DNA of 64,000 nt from Candidatus Dormibacteria bacterium (GTDB lineage: Bacteria; Chloroflexota; Dormibacteria; DASZGP01): positions 51 through 64,050 of the forward strand of contig JBHEMS010000061.1 in NCBI GenBank assembly GCA_046262455.1, in the 5' to 3' direction. Below the pieces are notes generated by a model. The model did not search any database and had not been told where the DNA came from. It saw only the letters and a program-made list of their open reading frames with translations. Made by a program: the position numbers and the translations under genes. Positions within the stretch are counted from its first letter, which is position 1; every line of letters begins with the position of its first letter. Of this stretch, positions 53,838 through 63,477 are shown one piece after another.

Positions 53838-56709
53838 CCGTGAAGGATATTCGGCGGTCGGACACCCATTCCTCGATGGCGTCGCCAATCTCACCGGCCG
53901 GGCCGGTGAAACTGCTGCACTGCGGCAGGGAGGCCAGGAAATGTGCGCCGTAGCTCCGCGTCGAAACCCGGCGATCGAAGATCACCACCGCCCCGCGATC
54001 GGTGGCCCGCCGGATCAGCCGTCCGAATCCCTGCTTGAGCCGCAGGACAGCCTCAGGGAGGGCCAGCTGGAGAAAGGGGTCGCGGAGGTGTTCCGACCGC
54101 GCCCTGAAGACCGGGTCGCTGGGTGGCGAGAAGGGCAGCCGCACGATGACCACGCAGGACAGGGAGCGCCCCGGCAGGTCGAGTCCCTCCCAGAAGCTGT
54201 TGGTGCCGCAGAGAACTGCCTCGGGCATGCTGGCAAACCGCTCGGTCAGGGCCCTGCGACTGCCGCTCCCCCGCCCCTGGGCGAGGACCTCGATGCCCTC
54301 TGGCATCAGCCTGTCGCGCACGCGGCCAGACACCTGGTTGAGCTGCTCGGTGGAGGTGAACAGGACCAGCGTGCGCCCGCGCAGGCGCAGCGCCGCGTCG
54401 CTGATGACGTCGACCAGGGCATCCTCGAACCCCTCGTCGCCCGGCGAGGGCACGTCGTCGGGCAGGCACAGCAGCGCCTGCTCGAGAAAGTCGAAGGGGC
54501 TGGGGAGGATGAGCTCGACCACCCGTGAGGCCGGTAACCCAATCCGTTCCTGGAAGTATTCGAAGCCTCCCTCGACCGTAAGGGTGGCGCTGGTGAGCAC
54601 CACCGTGTCGCGGTCTTCGAAGACCGCGTCCCGCAGCGCGGTGGCGACGTCGACGGGGGCGGCGCGCACCGCGGTCCTGCCATCACGACCGAAGGAGAAC
54701 CAGACGACGCGACCGTGGCGTCCAGGGGTCAGCATCTCCAGAAGCCTGGCCATGCGCGGCGCGACGAGAGCCGACTGCGGCGCGGGCAGACGGCGTACCG
54801 CGTCCCTGGAAAGCTCGGCCTGGGCCTGGATCGCGGCCATCCAGGGCTGCTCCCAGGAGGCCTCGTCGAGGGTCAGCTCCCGGCCCGTCTCCAGGCCCCA
54901 GATGGTGCGCGCCGCCATCCGGATGGCCTCGAAGAGCCCGCTGACCGTCTGCGCCAGCTGACCCAGCTCGTTTCCCGGGCCCGGGCCGCGGGGCGCGGCA
55001 CCCGCGGCCAGCGACAGCGCCTGCAGGATGTCATCCTCCCGGACCTCCTCGGTCAATCCTCGGGTGGCGGCCTCCTCGAGGTGGTGAGCCTCGTCGAGCA
55101 CCAGGCAGCGCACCGACGCCAGGCTCTCCCGCTCGTTGAAGGCGTCGGCCAGCAGGAGGGCGTGGTTGACCACCACCACATCGGCGTCGGTCGCCCGCTT
55201 CCGCGAGAGGTGGTAGAAGCACGGGCTGGGGCCGGCCAGGCACGCGCTCGAAGTGCAATCGCCCCACTCCGAGGCCACCGCGCGCCAGCAGCGTTCTTCC
55301 TGGCCGAACAACCTCAACTCATCGCGATCCCCGCTGAGGGTGCGATCCAGCCAGACGGTGATCTTCAACTTGAAAATCAGTAGCTCGTCAGGGTTGATGC
55401 CGTCGAGGGTTTCATCGGGCGCGTCCCGGCCTCCCGCCGTGCCAAGGAGGAGCTGCCCCCAGCGCAGCCGGCTGAGGTAGTGGCCCCGGCCCTTGAGCAG
55501 CACCGCGCGCAGCGGGATCCCAAGGATCCGCGCCGCCAGCGGAAGGTCCTTGTGCAGGAGTTGTTCCTGCAGGTTGATGGTGTAGGTGGAAACATAGACC
55601 TGCTTGCCTCGCGACGCCGCGTGGCCGAGGGCGGGCAGCAGGTAGGCCAGCGACTTGCCGGTGCCGGTACCGGCTTCTACCACCAGGTTCAGACGGCGCT
55701 CAAGGGCCTGGCTGACCGCTCGGCACATATCGAGTTGCGCCTCGCGCAGCTCCCAGCCCGGTTCGGCGGCCAGCGGACCGTCCGCCCCCAGCAGCCGCAC
55801 CATGTCCTCAACCTCGAGGCGCGGCATCTCGGCGTGGACCGCCGGTGCGGCGAGCGGCACGGCGCGGGGACGCGCCGGCGCCCCGGCGTCGAGGGGAACG
55901 ACGATATCGTGGAAGAAGCTGCGCAGGCTATGAGTCGTGGTCGCCGTCAGCTCACGAAGCCGATCGAGCGTCGCCGCCGGCAGGCGGGCGGCGAGGTCGG
56001 CGAGGGCCAGGAAGACGCGGAAGGTGGCCTCCGCGTCCTCGAGGGCGTGGTGGGCGCGTGGGTGTTGCAGGTTGACCAGCTCGCACAGGCCGCCGAGAGA
56101 GTAGGACGGGGCGCTGGGTGCGACCACGCGCGCAACCTCGATGGTGTCGAACACGTCCCGACCACCCAGCGCCCCTCCGCCCAGCGTGGTCTCCAGGAAG
56201 GTGATGTCGTACCCGGCGCCATGGGCCAGCAGGTTGGCGTCGCCGATGAACTCCTTGAGGTCGGGAAGGATGCCGCGAAGGCGAGGAGCGCGGGCCAGGT
56301 CCTGGTCGTTGATGCCGGTGAGGCGCCGGATCATGGGCGGCAACCGGACCCCGGGGTTGACCAGTGTGTGGTAGCGCCCTAGGACCTCGTGGCCGCGGAA
56401 TTTGACCGCGCCGATCTCGATCACGTGGTCCACCGACGCGCTCAGGCCGGTGGCCTCGAGGTCCAGGGAAACGATGACCGGGAAGTCGTCGACGACAGCA
56501 CCAGAGGGTTGGCCCTCGGCATTCTGGACGGTCCAGTGGTCGCCGACCCGGCCGCGCGCCTGGGAGGGCCGTCGCAGTGGCCGTGCCCCCGGGATTGGGG
56601 CGGTCAAAGCAGGACGGCCGCGAGCTCCGCCAGCTCGGAACGCTGGCCCTTGGTCAGGGTTACGTGCGCTGCCAGGGGACTGTCCTTGAACTTCTCCACT
56701 GCGAAGCAC
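53728..56709 (-). CDS. dinG: bifunctional DnaQ-like 3'-5' exonuclease / DinG family ATP-dependent helicase
   Basis: Exonuclease motifs LDLEATG and HGAGYDITFL...HHALEDA. Helicase motifs are Walker A AGTGTGKS and DEAHHLEE, plus a 4-Cys segment (CTSSACLAGPSPC). The only canonical start (GTG 56709) overlaps phoH2 by 106 nt. The C-terminal tail overlaps the CN-hydrolase gene by 110 nt. Confidence 0.9.
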   Translation of the reverse strand: MLRSGEVQGQSPGSARNPDQGPAFRAGGARGRPALTAPIPGARPLRRPSQARGRVGDHWTVQNAEGQPSGAVVDDFPVIVSLDLEATGLSASVDHVIEIGAVKFRGHEVLGRYHTLVNPGVRLPPMIRRLTGINDQDLARAPRLRGILPDLKEFIGDANLLAHGAGYDITFLETTLGGGALGGRDVFDTIEVARVVAPSAPSYSLGGLCELVNLQHPRAHHALEDAEATFRVFLALADLAARLPAATLDRLRELTATTTHSLRSFFHDIVVPLDAGAPARPRAVPLAAPAVHAEMPRLEVEDMVRLLGADGPLAAEPGWELREAQLDMCRAVSQALERRLNLVVEAGTGTGKSLAYLLPALGHAASRGKQVYVSTYTINLQEQLLHKDLPLAARILGIPLRAVLLKGRGHYLSRLRWGQLLLGTAGGRDAPDETLDGINPDELLIFKLKITVWLDRTLSGDRDELRLFGQEERCWRAVASEWGDCTSSACLAGPSPCFYHLSRKRATDADVVVVNHALLLADAFNERESLASVRCLVLDEAHHLEEAATRGLTEEVREDDILQALSLAAGAAPRGPGPGNELGQLAQTVSGLFEAIRMAARTIWGLETGRELTLDEASWEQPWMAAIQAQAELSRDAVRRLPAPQSALVAPRMARLLEMLTPGRHGRVVWFSFGRDGRTAVRAAPVDVATALRDAVFEDRDTVVLTSATLTVEGGFEYFQERIGLPASRVVELILPSPFDFLEQALLCLPDDVPSPGDEGFEDALVDVISDAALRLRGRTLVLFTSTEQLNQVSGRVRDRLMPEGIEVLAQGRGSGSRRALTERFASMPEAVLCGTNSFWEGLDLPGRSLSCVVIVRLPFSPPSDPVFRARSEHLRDPFLQLALPEAVLRLKQGFGRLIRRATDRGAVVIFDRRVSTRSYGAHFLASLPQCSSFTGPAGEIGDAIEEWVSDRRISFTDGEYAGIEPAAPPGAGPMRSAARGPGGEPQASPRAR

Positions 56710-57935
56710 AGGCCGTTGCTGCTGAAGTCGAGGTACGGATGGTCGATCTGGTACGGGTCCCCGGTCAGGACCATCTTGGTCCCCTCCCCTGCCCGGCTGA
56801 TGATCGTCTTGACCTCATGGGGCGTCAGGTTTTGGGCCTCGTCGACGATGATCAGCTGCTGAGGGATGCTGCGACCGCGGATGTAGGTCAGGGCCTCAAC
56901 CTCGAAGAGCCCCTTGTCCTGCAGCCGGTTGACCATGTCGCCAACCATCTGGTCCTTGTACATCGTGGACATCAGGAACTCCAGGTTGTCGTAGATCGGC
57001 TGCATCCACGGTCGTAGCTTCTCCTCCTTGTCACCGGGCAGGTACCCCACGTCCTTGCCCATCGGCACCACCGGGCGGGTTACCAGCAGGCGTCGGTAGG
57101 CGTGGGAGTCGAGGACCATGTGCAATCCAGCCGCGAGAGCCATCAGGGTCTTGCCGGTACCCGCCCGTCCGGTGAGGGTGATCAACCGGATGTCCTCGTT
57201 GAGCAGGGCGTCGAGGGCAAACCGCTGGCCCAGGTTCTTGGCGCTGATGCCCCAGATCTCCTTGGGCACGGGCGCGAGGGGGACGATCTCATTGCGCGCC
57301 AGGTCGAAGCGTCCGATGGCCGACAGGCTGTGATGGCCGGGAACCTGGAAGTGAACAAACTCGTTGCTGCGCAGGTCCCACTCGGACCCGGGCAGGCCGC
57401 CCTCGCGGTTGAAGCGGTCCATGACGTCGGCCCCGACATCGATAACCTCGACCCCGCCGTAGAGTTCGTCGGTCCCACGAACCACCTTATCGCGTTCGTA
57501 GTCCTCAGCCGGGAGATCCAAAGCCTCGGCCTTGATGCGCACATTGATGTCCTTGCTGACCAGGATCACCGGCTTTTTGGGCCGGGCCCGGGTGAGCTGT
57601 GCCGCCACCGCGATGATCTGGTTGTCGGGCTTGGACAGGTCCAATTCCCCGGGCATGTCCCCACGCGGGTCGTGCACCTCGATCCAGAGCTTCCCCCCAC
57701 CGGCGGTGGCCACCCCCTCCGACAGCTTGCCCTTCCGGCGCAGCTCATCGAGGTGGGGGGCAACGCGGCGAGCCGAGCGGCCGACCTCGTCCTGCCGCTT
57801 CTTCTGGTCGTCGATCTCCTCGATGACCACCAGTGGGATGACGACGTCATTCTCCTCGAAGGCATTCAGCGCCTCGGGGTCGTGGAGGAGAACGTTGGTA
57901 TCGAGGACGAACGTCTTGCTGCGGGGCGCGGCCAC
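56604..57935 (-). CDS. PhoH2-type protein (PIN domain fused to PhoH ATPase)
   Basis: PIN domain FVLDTNVLLHDP...IPLVVIEEID. PhoH domain is Walker A GRAGTGKT plus IVDEAQNLT. I place the start at GTG 57933-57935, overlapping the plsC TAG by 1 nt. The track start is at 57998. Confidence 0.9.
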   Translation of the reverse strand: MAAPRSKTFVLDTNVLLHDPEALNAFEENDVVIPLVVIEEIDDQKKRQDEVGRSARRVAPHLDELRRKGKLSEGVATAGGGKLWIEVHDPRGDMPGELDLSKPDNQIIAVAAQLTRARPKKPVILVSKDINVRIKAEALDLPAEDYERDKVVRGTDELYGGVEVIDVGADVMDRFNREGGLPGSEWDLRSNEFVHFQVPGHHSLSAIGRFDLARNEIVPLAPVPKEIWGISAKNLGQRFALDALLNEDIRLITLTGRAGTGKTLMALAAGLHMVLDSHAYRRLLVTRPVVPMGKDVGYLPGDKEEKLRPWMQPIYDNLEFLMSTMYKDQMVGDMVNRLQDKGLFEVEALTYIRGRSIPQQLIIVDEAQNLTPHEVKTIISRAGEGTKMVLTGDPYQIDHPYLDFSSNGLCFAVEKFKDSPLAAHVTLTKGQRSELAELAAVLL

Positions 57936-58675
57936 TAGGCGGAGCGGGTCTCGGGCCTGCGCAGTCGGCGGTGGCGCCCGGAGCTCTGGGGCTTCCACCC
58001 GCGGTAGAAGCCGCGGTACTGCTCGGGCAGCAGCTCTGCGACGTGCGACATCATCAGTTCGGCGGCCTCCTGGTTGTCGATGTCACCCTCCGGCAGCCTG
58101 AACGGTTTCCCGTAGACCAGGTGGACGTCGGTGCCGGAGCGATGCGGGAACTTGGCGCCGGTGGGCAGCACCCCCTCCCCTCCCCAGGTGGCGACGGGCA
58201 GGATGGGCACGCCGGCGCGCCGCGCGACGAAGCCGGCGCCGGCCTCCGGGGCATGCATCATGAGATCGCGCGAGCGCGTGCCCTCCGGGTACACGCAGAC
58301 CGCCTCCCCGGCCTTGAGCAGCTCGAGGGTGAAGCGCAGCGCGGTACGGTCGGCGGTGTGACGGTTCACCGGGTAGCAGAGGAAGGTCCGCCCCAGGAAT
58401 CCGACGACGGGGTTCCGGAACCACTCGGCCTTGGCCATGAAATGGACCGGGCGCGGGAAGCGGGCGCCGAGGACCGGCGGGTCGGCGGCCGCGAGGTGAT
58501 TGCTGATGACCAGCAGGCCACCCTTACGTGGAACGTTTTCAACCCCGTCGATGTGCATGTGGCCCCCCGCCAGGAAGAGCTGACACGCCGCCCGTATAAA
58601 GAAGAGCAGCGGCCAGTAGAGGATCCCCGGTCGAAGATGGCCGCGCGTGGGCAACTCGGTCGCAAGATCAGTCAC
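57935..58675 (-). CDS. plsC: 1-acyl-sn-glycerol-3-phosphate acyltransferase family protein
   Basis: HX4D motif ISNHLAAAD, plus FMAK and YPEGTRS. Confidence 0.88.
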   Translation of the reverse strand: MTDLATELPTRGHLRPGILYWPLLFFIRAACQLFLAGGHMHIDGVENVPRKGGLLVISNHLAAADPPVLGARFPRPVHFMAKAEWFRNPVVGFLGRTFLCYPVNRHTADRTALRFTLELLKAGEAVCVYPEGTRSRDLMMHAPEAGAGFVARRAGVPILPVATWGGEGVLPTGAKFPHRSGTDVHLVYGKPFRLPEGDIDNQEAAELMMSHVAELLPEQYRGFYRGWKPQSSGRHRRLRRPETRSA

Positions 58676-59336
58676 GGGGTCGAGAGATCAGACGCAGCAC
58701 CTCGTCAAATACTTCTTTGGGGCTGCGGTCATCTGTCTCAATCGTATAGGCGTCTTCGGCGGCCCGCAATGGCGATATGGACCGGCCCGCGTCCGCTGCG
58801 TCGCGGTCACTGATCTCGCCCTTCATCAACCCGTGGTCCTCTTCGCTGCGCTGGCGGGCGCGCCGGCGCCTCCGCTCCCCGTCGGAGGCGGTTATGAACA
58901 GCTTGAGGTCGGCGTCCGGGAAGACCACGGTGCCGATATCCCTTCCGACCATCACCACACCTCCCTCGCCCAGGCTGCGCTGCCGGGCCACGAGCGCAGA
59001 GCGCACCCTGGCGGCCTGGCTGACGCGTGTCAGGGTCGGCGCCAGCGAAGGGTCGAAGACCCGTCCGGTGAGGTCGTCGCCCCCGGCACGCACCTCCCAG
59101 TGGGCGCCCTCGTCGGTGGTGGTGTTGACCTCGATGTCGGCGTCCTCGGCTATCCGGCCCAGCGCGTCACCGTCGTGAGGGTCCACGCCCGCGTCGTTGG
59201 CCAGCACGGTGACGGCGCGGTACATCAGCCCGGTGTCCACCAGGGGGAGGCCCAGGTGACGCGCCAGCATCCGCCCGATCGTCGACTTGCCCGACGCGCT
59301 GGGCCCGTCGATGGCCACCACCAGGGCCCGGCTCAC
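58668..59336 (-). CDS. cmk: cytidylate kinase
   Basis: VVAIDGPSASGKSTIGRMLA...VDTGLMYRAV...GRDIGTVV. Confidence 0.95.
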   Translation of the reverse strand: MSRALVVAIDGPSASGKSTIGRMLARHLGLPLVDTGLMYRAVTVLANDAGVDPHDGDALGRIAEDADIEVNTTTDEGAHWEVRAGGDDLTGRVFDPSLAPTLTRVSQAARVRSALVARQRSLGEGGVVMVGRDIGTVVFPDADLKLFITASDGERRRRRARQRSEEDHGLMKGEISDRDAADAGRSISPLRAAEDAYTIETDDRSPKEVFDEVLRLISRPRD

Positions 59337-60061
59337 GCCTGCAGACCCACAGAGTTCCGCAGCGCGGTGACCTCATCGTCGCCGAGGCGGCGGGACCGCC
59401 CTTCGGGCAGGTCGCCCAGCTCAATAGGACCAACGCGAACGCGGCGGAGGTCCAGCACCGTGGCCTCAACGGCGGCGAATGAACGCCGCAACTGCCGCTT
59501 CCAGCCCTGGCGAAGCACGACACGGACGACGACGCGGCGCGCGCCGCGCTCCAGGACCTCGAACACCGCCGGCGCCGTCCGACCCTCGTCCAGCTCGATC
59601 CCCGCGCGCAGCCGCCCCAGGGCGCCCTCTCCGAGCTCGCCCCTGACCTCGACGAGGTACTCCTTCTCGACGTGGTGGCTGGGATGCTGCAGGCGAAAGC
59701 TCAACTCGCCGTCATCCGTCACCAGGATCAATCCCCGGCTGCGCAGGTCGAGGCGACCGACGGGGTGAACGCCTCTGGCCCGCTCCTCCCTGGGCAGCAG
59801 TTCGGTGACCAGCGGCCGGCGCGTGCGGTCGCTGACTGCGCTGAGGTAGCCGGCAGGCTTGTTGACGGCGAAGTAGTGATGGGCCGCCGCGGGCTGGACC
59901 GGGTGGCCGTCAACCTCCACCAGGTCCGTCCCCGGTCGCACCAGCATGCCCCCGGCGGGCGTGGGTGCCCCGTTAACGGTCACCCTGCCCCCGGCGATGA
60001 GCTCATCGGCCTTACGCCTCGCCGCCACCCCGCTCATGGCCAGGTACCGGTTGAGGCGCAC
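59333..60061 (-). CDS. rluB: pseudouridine synthase (RsuA/RluB family)
   Basis: S4 domain MRLNRYLAMSGVAARRKADELIAGGRVTVNG and catalytic VGRLDLRSRGLILVTDDG...EKEYLV. Confidence 0.9.
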   Translation of the reverse strand: MRLNRYLAMSGVAARRKADELIAGGRVTVNGAPTPAGGMLVRPGTDLVEVDGHPVQPAAAHHYFAVNKPAGYLSAVSDRTRRPLVTELLPREERARGVHPVGRLDLRSRGLILVTDDGELSFRLQHPSHHVEKEYLVEVRGELGEGALGRLRAGIELDEGRTAPAVFEVLERGARRVVVRVVLRQGWKRQLRRSFAAVEATVLDLRRVRVGPIELGDLPEGRSRRLGDDEVTALRNSVGLQA

Positions 60062-60078
60062 GGCCTCCCGGCCGTCGC

Positions 60079-60657
60079 TCAGGATTCCCCCGCCGGCTCG
60101 TCGCTGCTCCCCGGCGCGGCATCCTCGGCGGCCTCTGCGGCGAGGCCGGGCAGCTCCTCCACGCTACCCACCCCCAGGATCTGGAGGAAGCGCATCGTGG
60201 TCCCAAAGGTGCGCGGGGTGCCCGGCGTGTCGAGGCGGCCGCGCTCTTCGATCAGGCCCCGCACCATCAGGCCTTCGATCGTTCGCTCGCTGTCCACCCC
60301 GCGGACGTCGTCGATGGCCGCCTTGGTCACCGGCTGGCGGTAGGCGATGACCGCCAGGGTTTCGTAGGCGGCGGGCGACAGCCGGCCGGTGACCTCGGGG
60401 TTGAGGATCCGCCGGACAGCCTCAGCCGTTTCCGGCCGGGTCACCAGTTGCACCATGTCCCGGTGGCGCTGGAGCATGAGGCCGCCCGTCTCCAACGCCT
60501 CTTCCAGGGACTCGAGGACGCCCTCGAGGGTCGCCGGGTCCACGTCCAGGGCCTCCGCCAGGCGGTGCTTTTCCATGGCCAGACCCACACTGAAGAGCAC
60601 GGCCTCCGCCTGCTTCCGCAGGTCCTCGGCCCCGGGAACGGTCTCGAACTCAGGCAC
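60079..60657 (-). CDS. scpB: segregation and condensation protein B
   Basis: AEAVLFSVG...LSPAAYETLAVIAYRQPVTKAAIDDVRGVDSERTIEGLMVRGLIEE. I place the start at GTG 60655-60657, overlapping the scpA stop by 8 nt. Confidence 0.9.
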   Translation of the reverse strand: MPEFETVPGAEDLRKQAEAVLFSVGLAMEKHRLAEALDVDPATLEGVLESLEEALETGGLMLQRHRDMVQLVTRPETAEAVRRILNPEVTGRLSPAAYETLAVIAYRQPVTKAAIDDVRGVDSERTIEGLMVRGLIEERGRLDTPGTPRTFGTTMRFLQILGVGSVEELPGLAAEAAEDAAPGSSDEPAGES

Positions 60658-61396
60658 TTGCTGCTGGCGTGATCTCGATCTCTCCGAATGTGCTGCGCTG
60701 GCGCGCCCCGGCCTCACCCAGGCGGATCAACTCCAACAGGGCCAGGAAGATGACGACCGCGTGAAGCCGGCTCTCGGCCTGCTGGAAGAGTTCGCCGAAG
60801 GCCAGGCCCCCGGCCCGCAGCCGCGTGCGCACGCGGTCCATCTCGTCGCTCAGAGAGTAGTTGCTGATGTCTACCGCCACCTCCTCGGGGGTGGGCAGGC
60901 GGTCGAGGACCGCCTGGAAGGCGGCGGCCAGCCCGTCTGGGTGAATCGCCAGTCGTTCGCTGGGGATCACCTCACCCTCCAGCAGCGAACTGAAACTGGG
61001 GGATCCCTCCTGGTGGCGGCGCATCAGCTCCAGGGCGGCGGCCTTGAAGCGCTGGTACTCGAGCAACCGCTCCCGCACCGACTCCTCCCACCGCTCCAGC
61101 TCCTCCTCCTCTTCGTCGCCGCGAGCGCCCGGAAGAAGCCCGACGGCCTTGAGCGCCAGGAGCTTCGCGCCCACCAGCAGGAACGCCGCCATCTCCTCCG
61201 CGGGACGGCGCCGACCGCCCGCCGAAAGGCTTTCGATGTACTCCCACGTGAGGTCGGCGAGGCGAACCTGGTTGAGGTCGACCTGCTGGCGCTGGGCCAG
61301 CGTGAGGAGCAGGTCGATCGGGCCCTCGAACACCTCGGTCCTGACCCGCAGCGCGTCGCCCGGGTCGCGCCGCGCGGTGATCACCTCCTCACTCAC
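60650..61396 (-). CDS. scpA: segregation and condensation protein A
   Basis: FEGPIDLLLTLAQRQQVDLNQVRLADLTWEY. I place the start at GTG 61394-61396 (VSEEVITARR). The 79-aa extension in the track ORF is an out-of-frame read of the upstream HD gene. Confidence 0.9.
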   Translation of the reverse strand: MSEEVITARRDPGDALRVRTEVFEGPIDLLLTLAQRQQVDLNQVRLADLTWEYIESLSAGGRRRPAEEMAAFLLVGAKLLALKAVGLLPGARGDEEEEELERWEESVRERLLEYQRFKAAALELMRRHQEGSPSFSSLLEGEVIPSERLAIHPDGLAAAFQAVLDRLPTPEEVAVDISNYSLSDEMDRVRTRLRAGGLAFGELFQQAESRLHAVVIFLALLELIRLGEAGARQRSTFGEIEITPAASA

Positions 61397-61871
61397 GGCC
61401 GTCGGCCGCCTGCAGGCGCAGCGTCTCCGGGTGCCGGGGTTGGTCCTCCTGGTGCTCGGCGACGATCTCCACCAGCTCGGCGCTGGCGCCCGCATCGCGC
61501 AGCATCTGGGCGCCGATCGCGGGGTGACGCATGTACGCGCTGACCCGCGACCCGACCCATGGGACCCGGCGCAGGAGCGCAACGCAGTGGGTCGCGCGCG
61601 CCAGGACGACCAGGCTGCGGCCGGGGGTCCCAAGGAATACCTGGGCCTTACCTACGTCGTGCAGCAGCGCCGCGTGACGGAGCACCGCCGGGGCCGAGCC
61701 AACCCGACGGAGGACGCCGATGGCGTGGCGCTGGTCGCGGGGCCGCATGGCGTAGAAGAGCCCCCGCAGGTTCTCCGGGAGCTCGGCTGCCGCAGCATCG
61801 GCGGCGTCGCGGTCAAGGCGGCCGAAGGTGCCGCCCAGCGCCTGGCCCACGCGGTAGGCGACGGACGCCAT
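61389..61871 (-). CDS. HD domain-containing protein
   Basis: 160 aa from MASVAYRV, with the HD signature AALLHDVGK and a downstream MRHPAIGAQML. There is an ATGA overlap with the nadK stop. The rest of the 398-aa track ORF is an alternate frame of nadK. Confidence 0.7.
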   Translation of the reverse strand: MASVAYRVGQALGGTFGRLDRDAADAAAAELPENLRGLFYAMRPRDQRHAIGVLRRVGSAPAVLRHAALLHDVGKAQVFLGTPGRSLVVLARATHCVALLRRVPWVGSRVSAYMRHPAIGAQMLRDAGASAELVEIVAEHQEDQPRHPETLRLQAADGRE

Positions 61872-62746
61872 CAGCGACGCCCTTCGCGCACCAGCGGCTC
61901 GCCCCAGCGCATCTTGTCGCGCAGCTGCTGGTAGAAGTCGGAGGTCCCCGGGGTCCGCACCACCAGCAGCGGCGGCCCGTCGAGGCTGCATTTCAAAGTC
62001 GAGTGGCTGGCGATGGTGACGTTGCTCGCGCCGTCCAGGAGGAGGCGCGTTGCCTCGTCCACCTGCAGCAGGACGGTCTTGCCCGCCGGCAGGACCAGCG
62101 CCCGGCTGGCCAGCGTGTGGGGGTTGAGCGGCACCATCACCATGGCATTCACGGCGGGGTCGACGATCGGGCCGCCCGCGGAGGCAGCGTAGGCCGTGGA
62201 CCCGGTGGGCGTCGCCAGCACCACGCCGTCGGAATGGAACATCCCCACCTCGGTGCCGTCGAGGCTGACCTCCAGCTGGATCACGTTGGCGGCGGGGTCC
62301 TTGTGCAGCGCCGCCTCGTTGATCGCGATGTGGATCTCGCCACCAACCTCGACGGTCATCGTCGCGCGCGTCTCCAGGGTGACGCGGTCGCGGGTCCACT
62401 CGGCAAGCGCCCCGGGCGCCTGCTCGAGCGTGATCCAGGCGAGGAAGCCCAGCCGCCCGAGGTTCACACCCAGGAGCGGCACCCCGTGACGGACGGCGGT
62501 GCGCGCGGCGTGCAAAAACGTGCCGTCGCCGCCGAAGGTCACCACCAGCGCCACCCCCGCGACCTCGGCGTCCGCGAGCTCCCAACCACCGTCGAAGCGC
62601 CCGGGCTTGTCATCTCGCGCCCGACGCTGGAAGACGCGCACATCGTGGCCCGCATCCTCCAGTACGTGGCGGGCCGCGCGCACCGCAGGATCGCCGGCAT
62701 CAACGCGGGAGTGGAGCACGAAGAGCACCGCCGCGCGGTCGCTCAC
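61871..62746 (-). CDS. nadK: NAD kinase
   Basis: GGDGTFLHAAR...GVNLGRLGFLA...NEAALH...GVVLATPTGSTAY. I place the start at GTG 62744-62746, a GTGA overlap with the tlyA stop. Confidence 0.93.
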   Translation of the reverse strand: MSDRAAVLFVLHSRVDAGDPAVRAARHVLEDAGHDVRVFQRRARDDKPGRFDGGWELADAEVAGVALVVTFGGDGTFLHAARTAVRHGVPLLGVNLGRLGFLAWITLEQAPGALAEWTRDRVTLETRATMTVEVGGEIHIAINEAALHKDPAANVIQLEVSLDGTEVGMFHSDGVVLATPTGSTAYAASAGGPIVDPAVNAMVMVPLNPHTLASRALVLPAGKTVLLQVDEATRLLLDGASNVTIASHSTLKCSLDGPPLLVVRTPGTSDFYQQLRDKMRWGEPLVREGRR

Positions 62747-63477
62747 CCCGAGGGTTCCCGCAGGTGCACGAAGATCTCGCGGTTGCCCCGCGCCCCGGGG
62801 AGCGATGAGTCGGCTGAAGCCACCACGTCGAGTCCCTCGCCCGAGGCCCACGCCACGAAGTCGTCCAACGCCGCCTGGCGCGCATGCGGATCACGGACGA
62901 TGCCCCCCTTCCCGACGCGGTCCCGCCCGACCTCGAATTGGGGCTTCAGCAGCAGCACCAGCTCGGCCCCGCTGCCGAGCAGCGCGCGGATGGCGGGCAC
63001 GACGTGGTGCAGCGCGGTGAACGACAGGTCGCCGACGACCAGGTCGGGCCGCTCCGGCAGCTCGTGAACGTCGCGAATATTGGTCCGCTCCATTACCACC
63101 ACCCTCTCATCCTGGCGCAGGCGCCAGTCGAGCTGTCCGTACCCGACGTCCACGGCGTACACCCTCCGGGCGCCGTCCTGGAGCAGGACATCGGTGAAAC
63201 CGCCGGTCGATGCGCCCGCGTCGAGGCACACGCGGCCCCTGGCGCTGACCCCAAAGACATCGAGGGCGCCACGCAGCTTGTCGCCACCACGGCTGACGAA
63301 CCTTGGCCGGCTGAGGACCTCCAGCCGCGCGACGTCGGCGACCTTCTGGTCGACCCGGTCCGCGGGCCTGCTGTCCAGCCGCACCATCCCGGCGCGGATG
63401 AGCGCCTGCGCCTTCTGCCGGGATGCCACCAGGCCACGCTCAACCAGGGCCTGGTCCAGGCGCGTGGCGGTCATCAC
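62743..63477 (-). CDS. tlyA: TlyA family rRNA (cytidine-2'-O)-methyltransferase
   Basis: S4-like RLDQALVERGLVASRQKAQALIRAGMV and FtsJ-type DAGASTGGFTDVLLQDGARRVYAVDVG. Confidence 0.93.
   Translation of the reverse strand: MMTATRLDQALVERGLVASRQKAQALIRAGMVRLDSRPADRVDQKVADVARLEVLSRPRFVSRGGDKLRGALDVFGVSARGRVCLDAGASTGGFTDVLLQDGARRVYAVDVGYGQLDWRLRQDERVVVMERTNIRDVHELPERPDLVVGDLSFTALHHVVPAIRALLGSGAELVLLLKPQFEVGRDRVGKGGIVRDPHARQAALDDFVAWASGEGLDVVASADSSLPGARGNREIFVHLREPSG

Noticed and set aside
61872-62585. The upstream 238 codons of the 398-aa ORF 61389..62585 would make a large HD-domain protein.
   Set aside because: This part is an alternate frame of nadK. Only the last 160 codons (from ATG 61871) carry HD-domain features, and that ATG forms an ATGA junction with the nadK stop.
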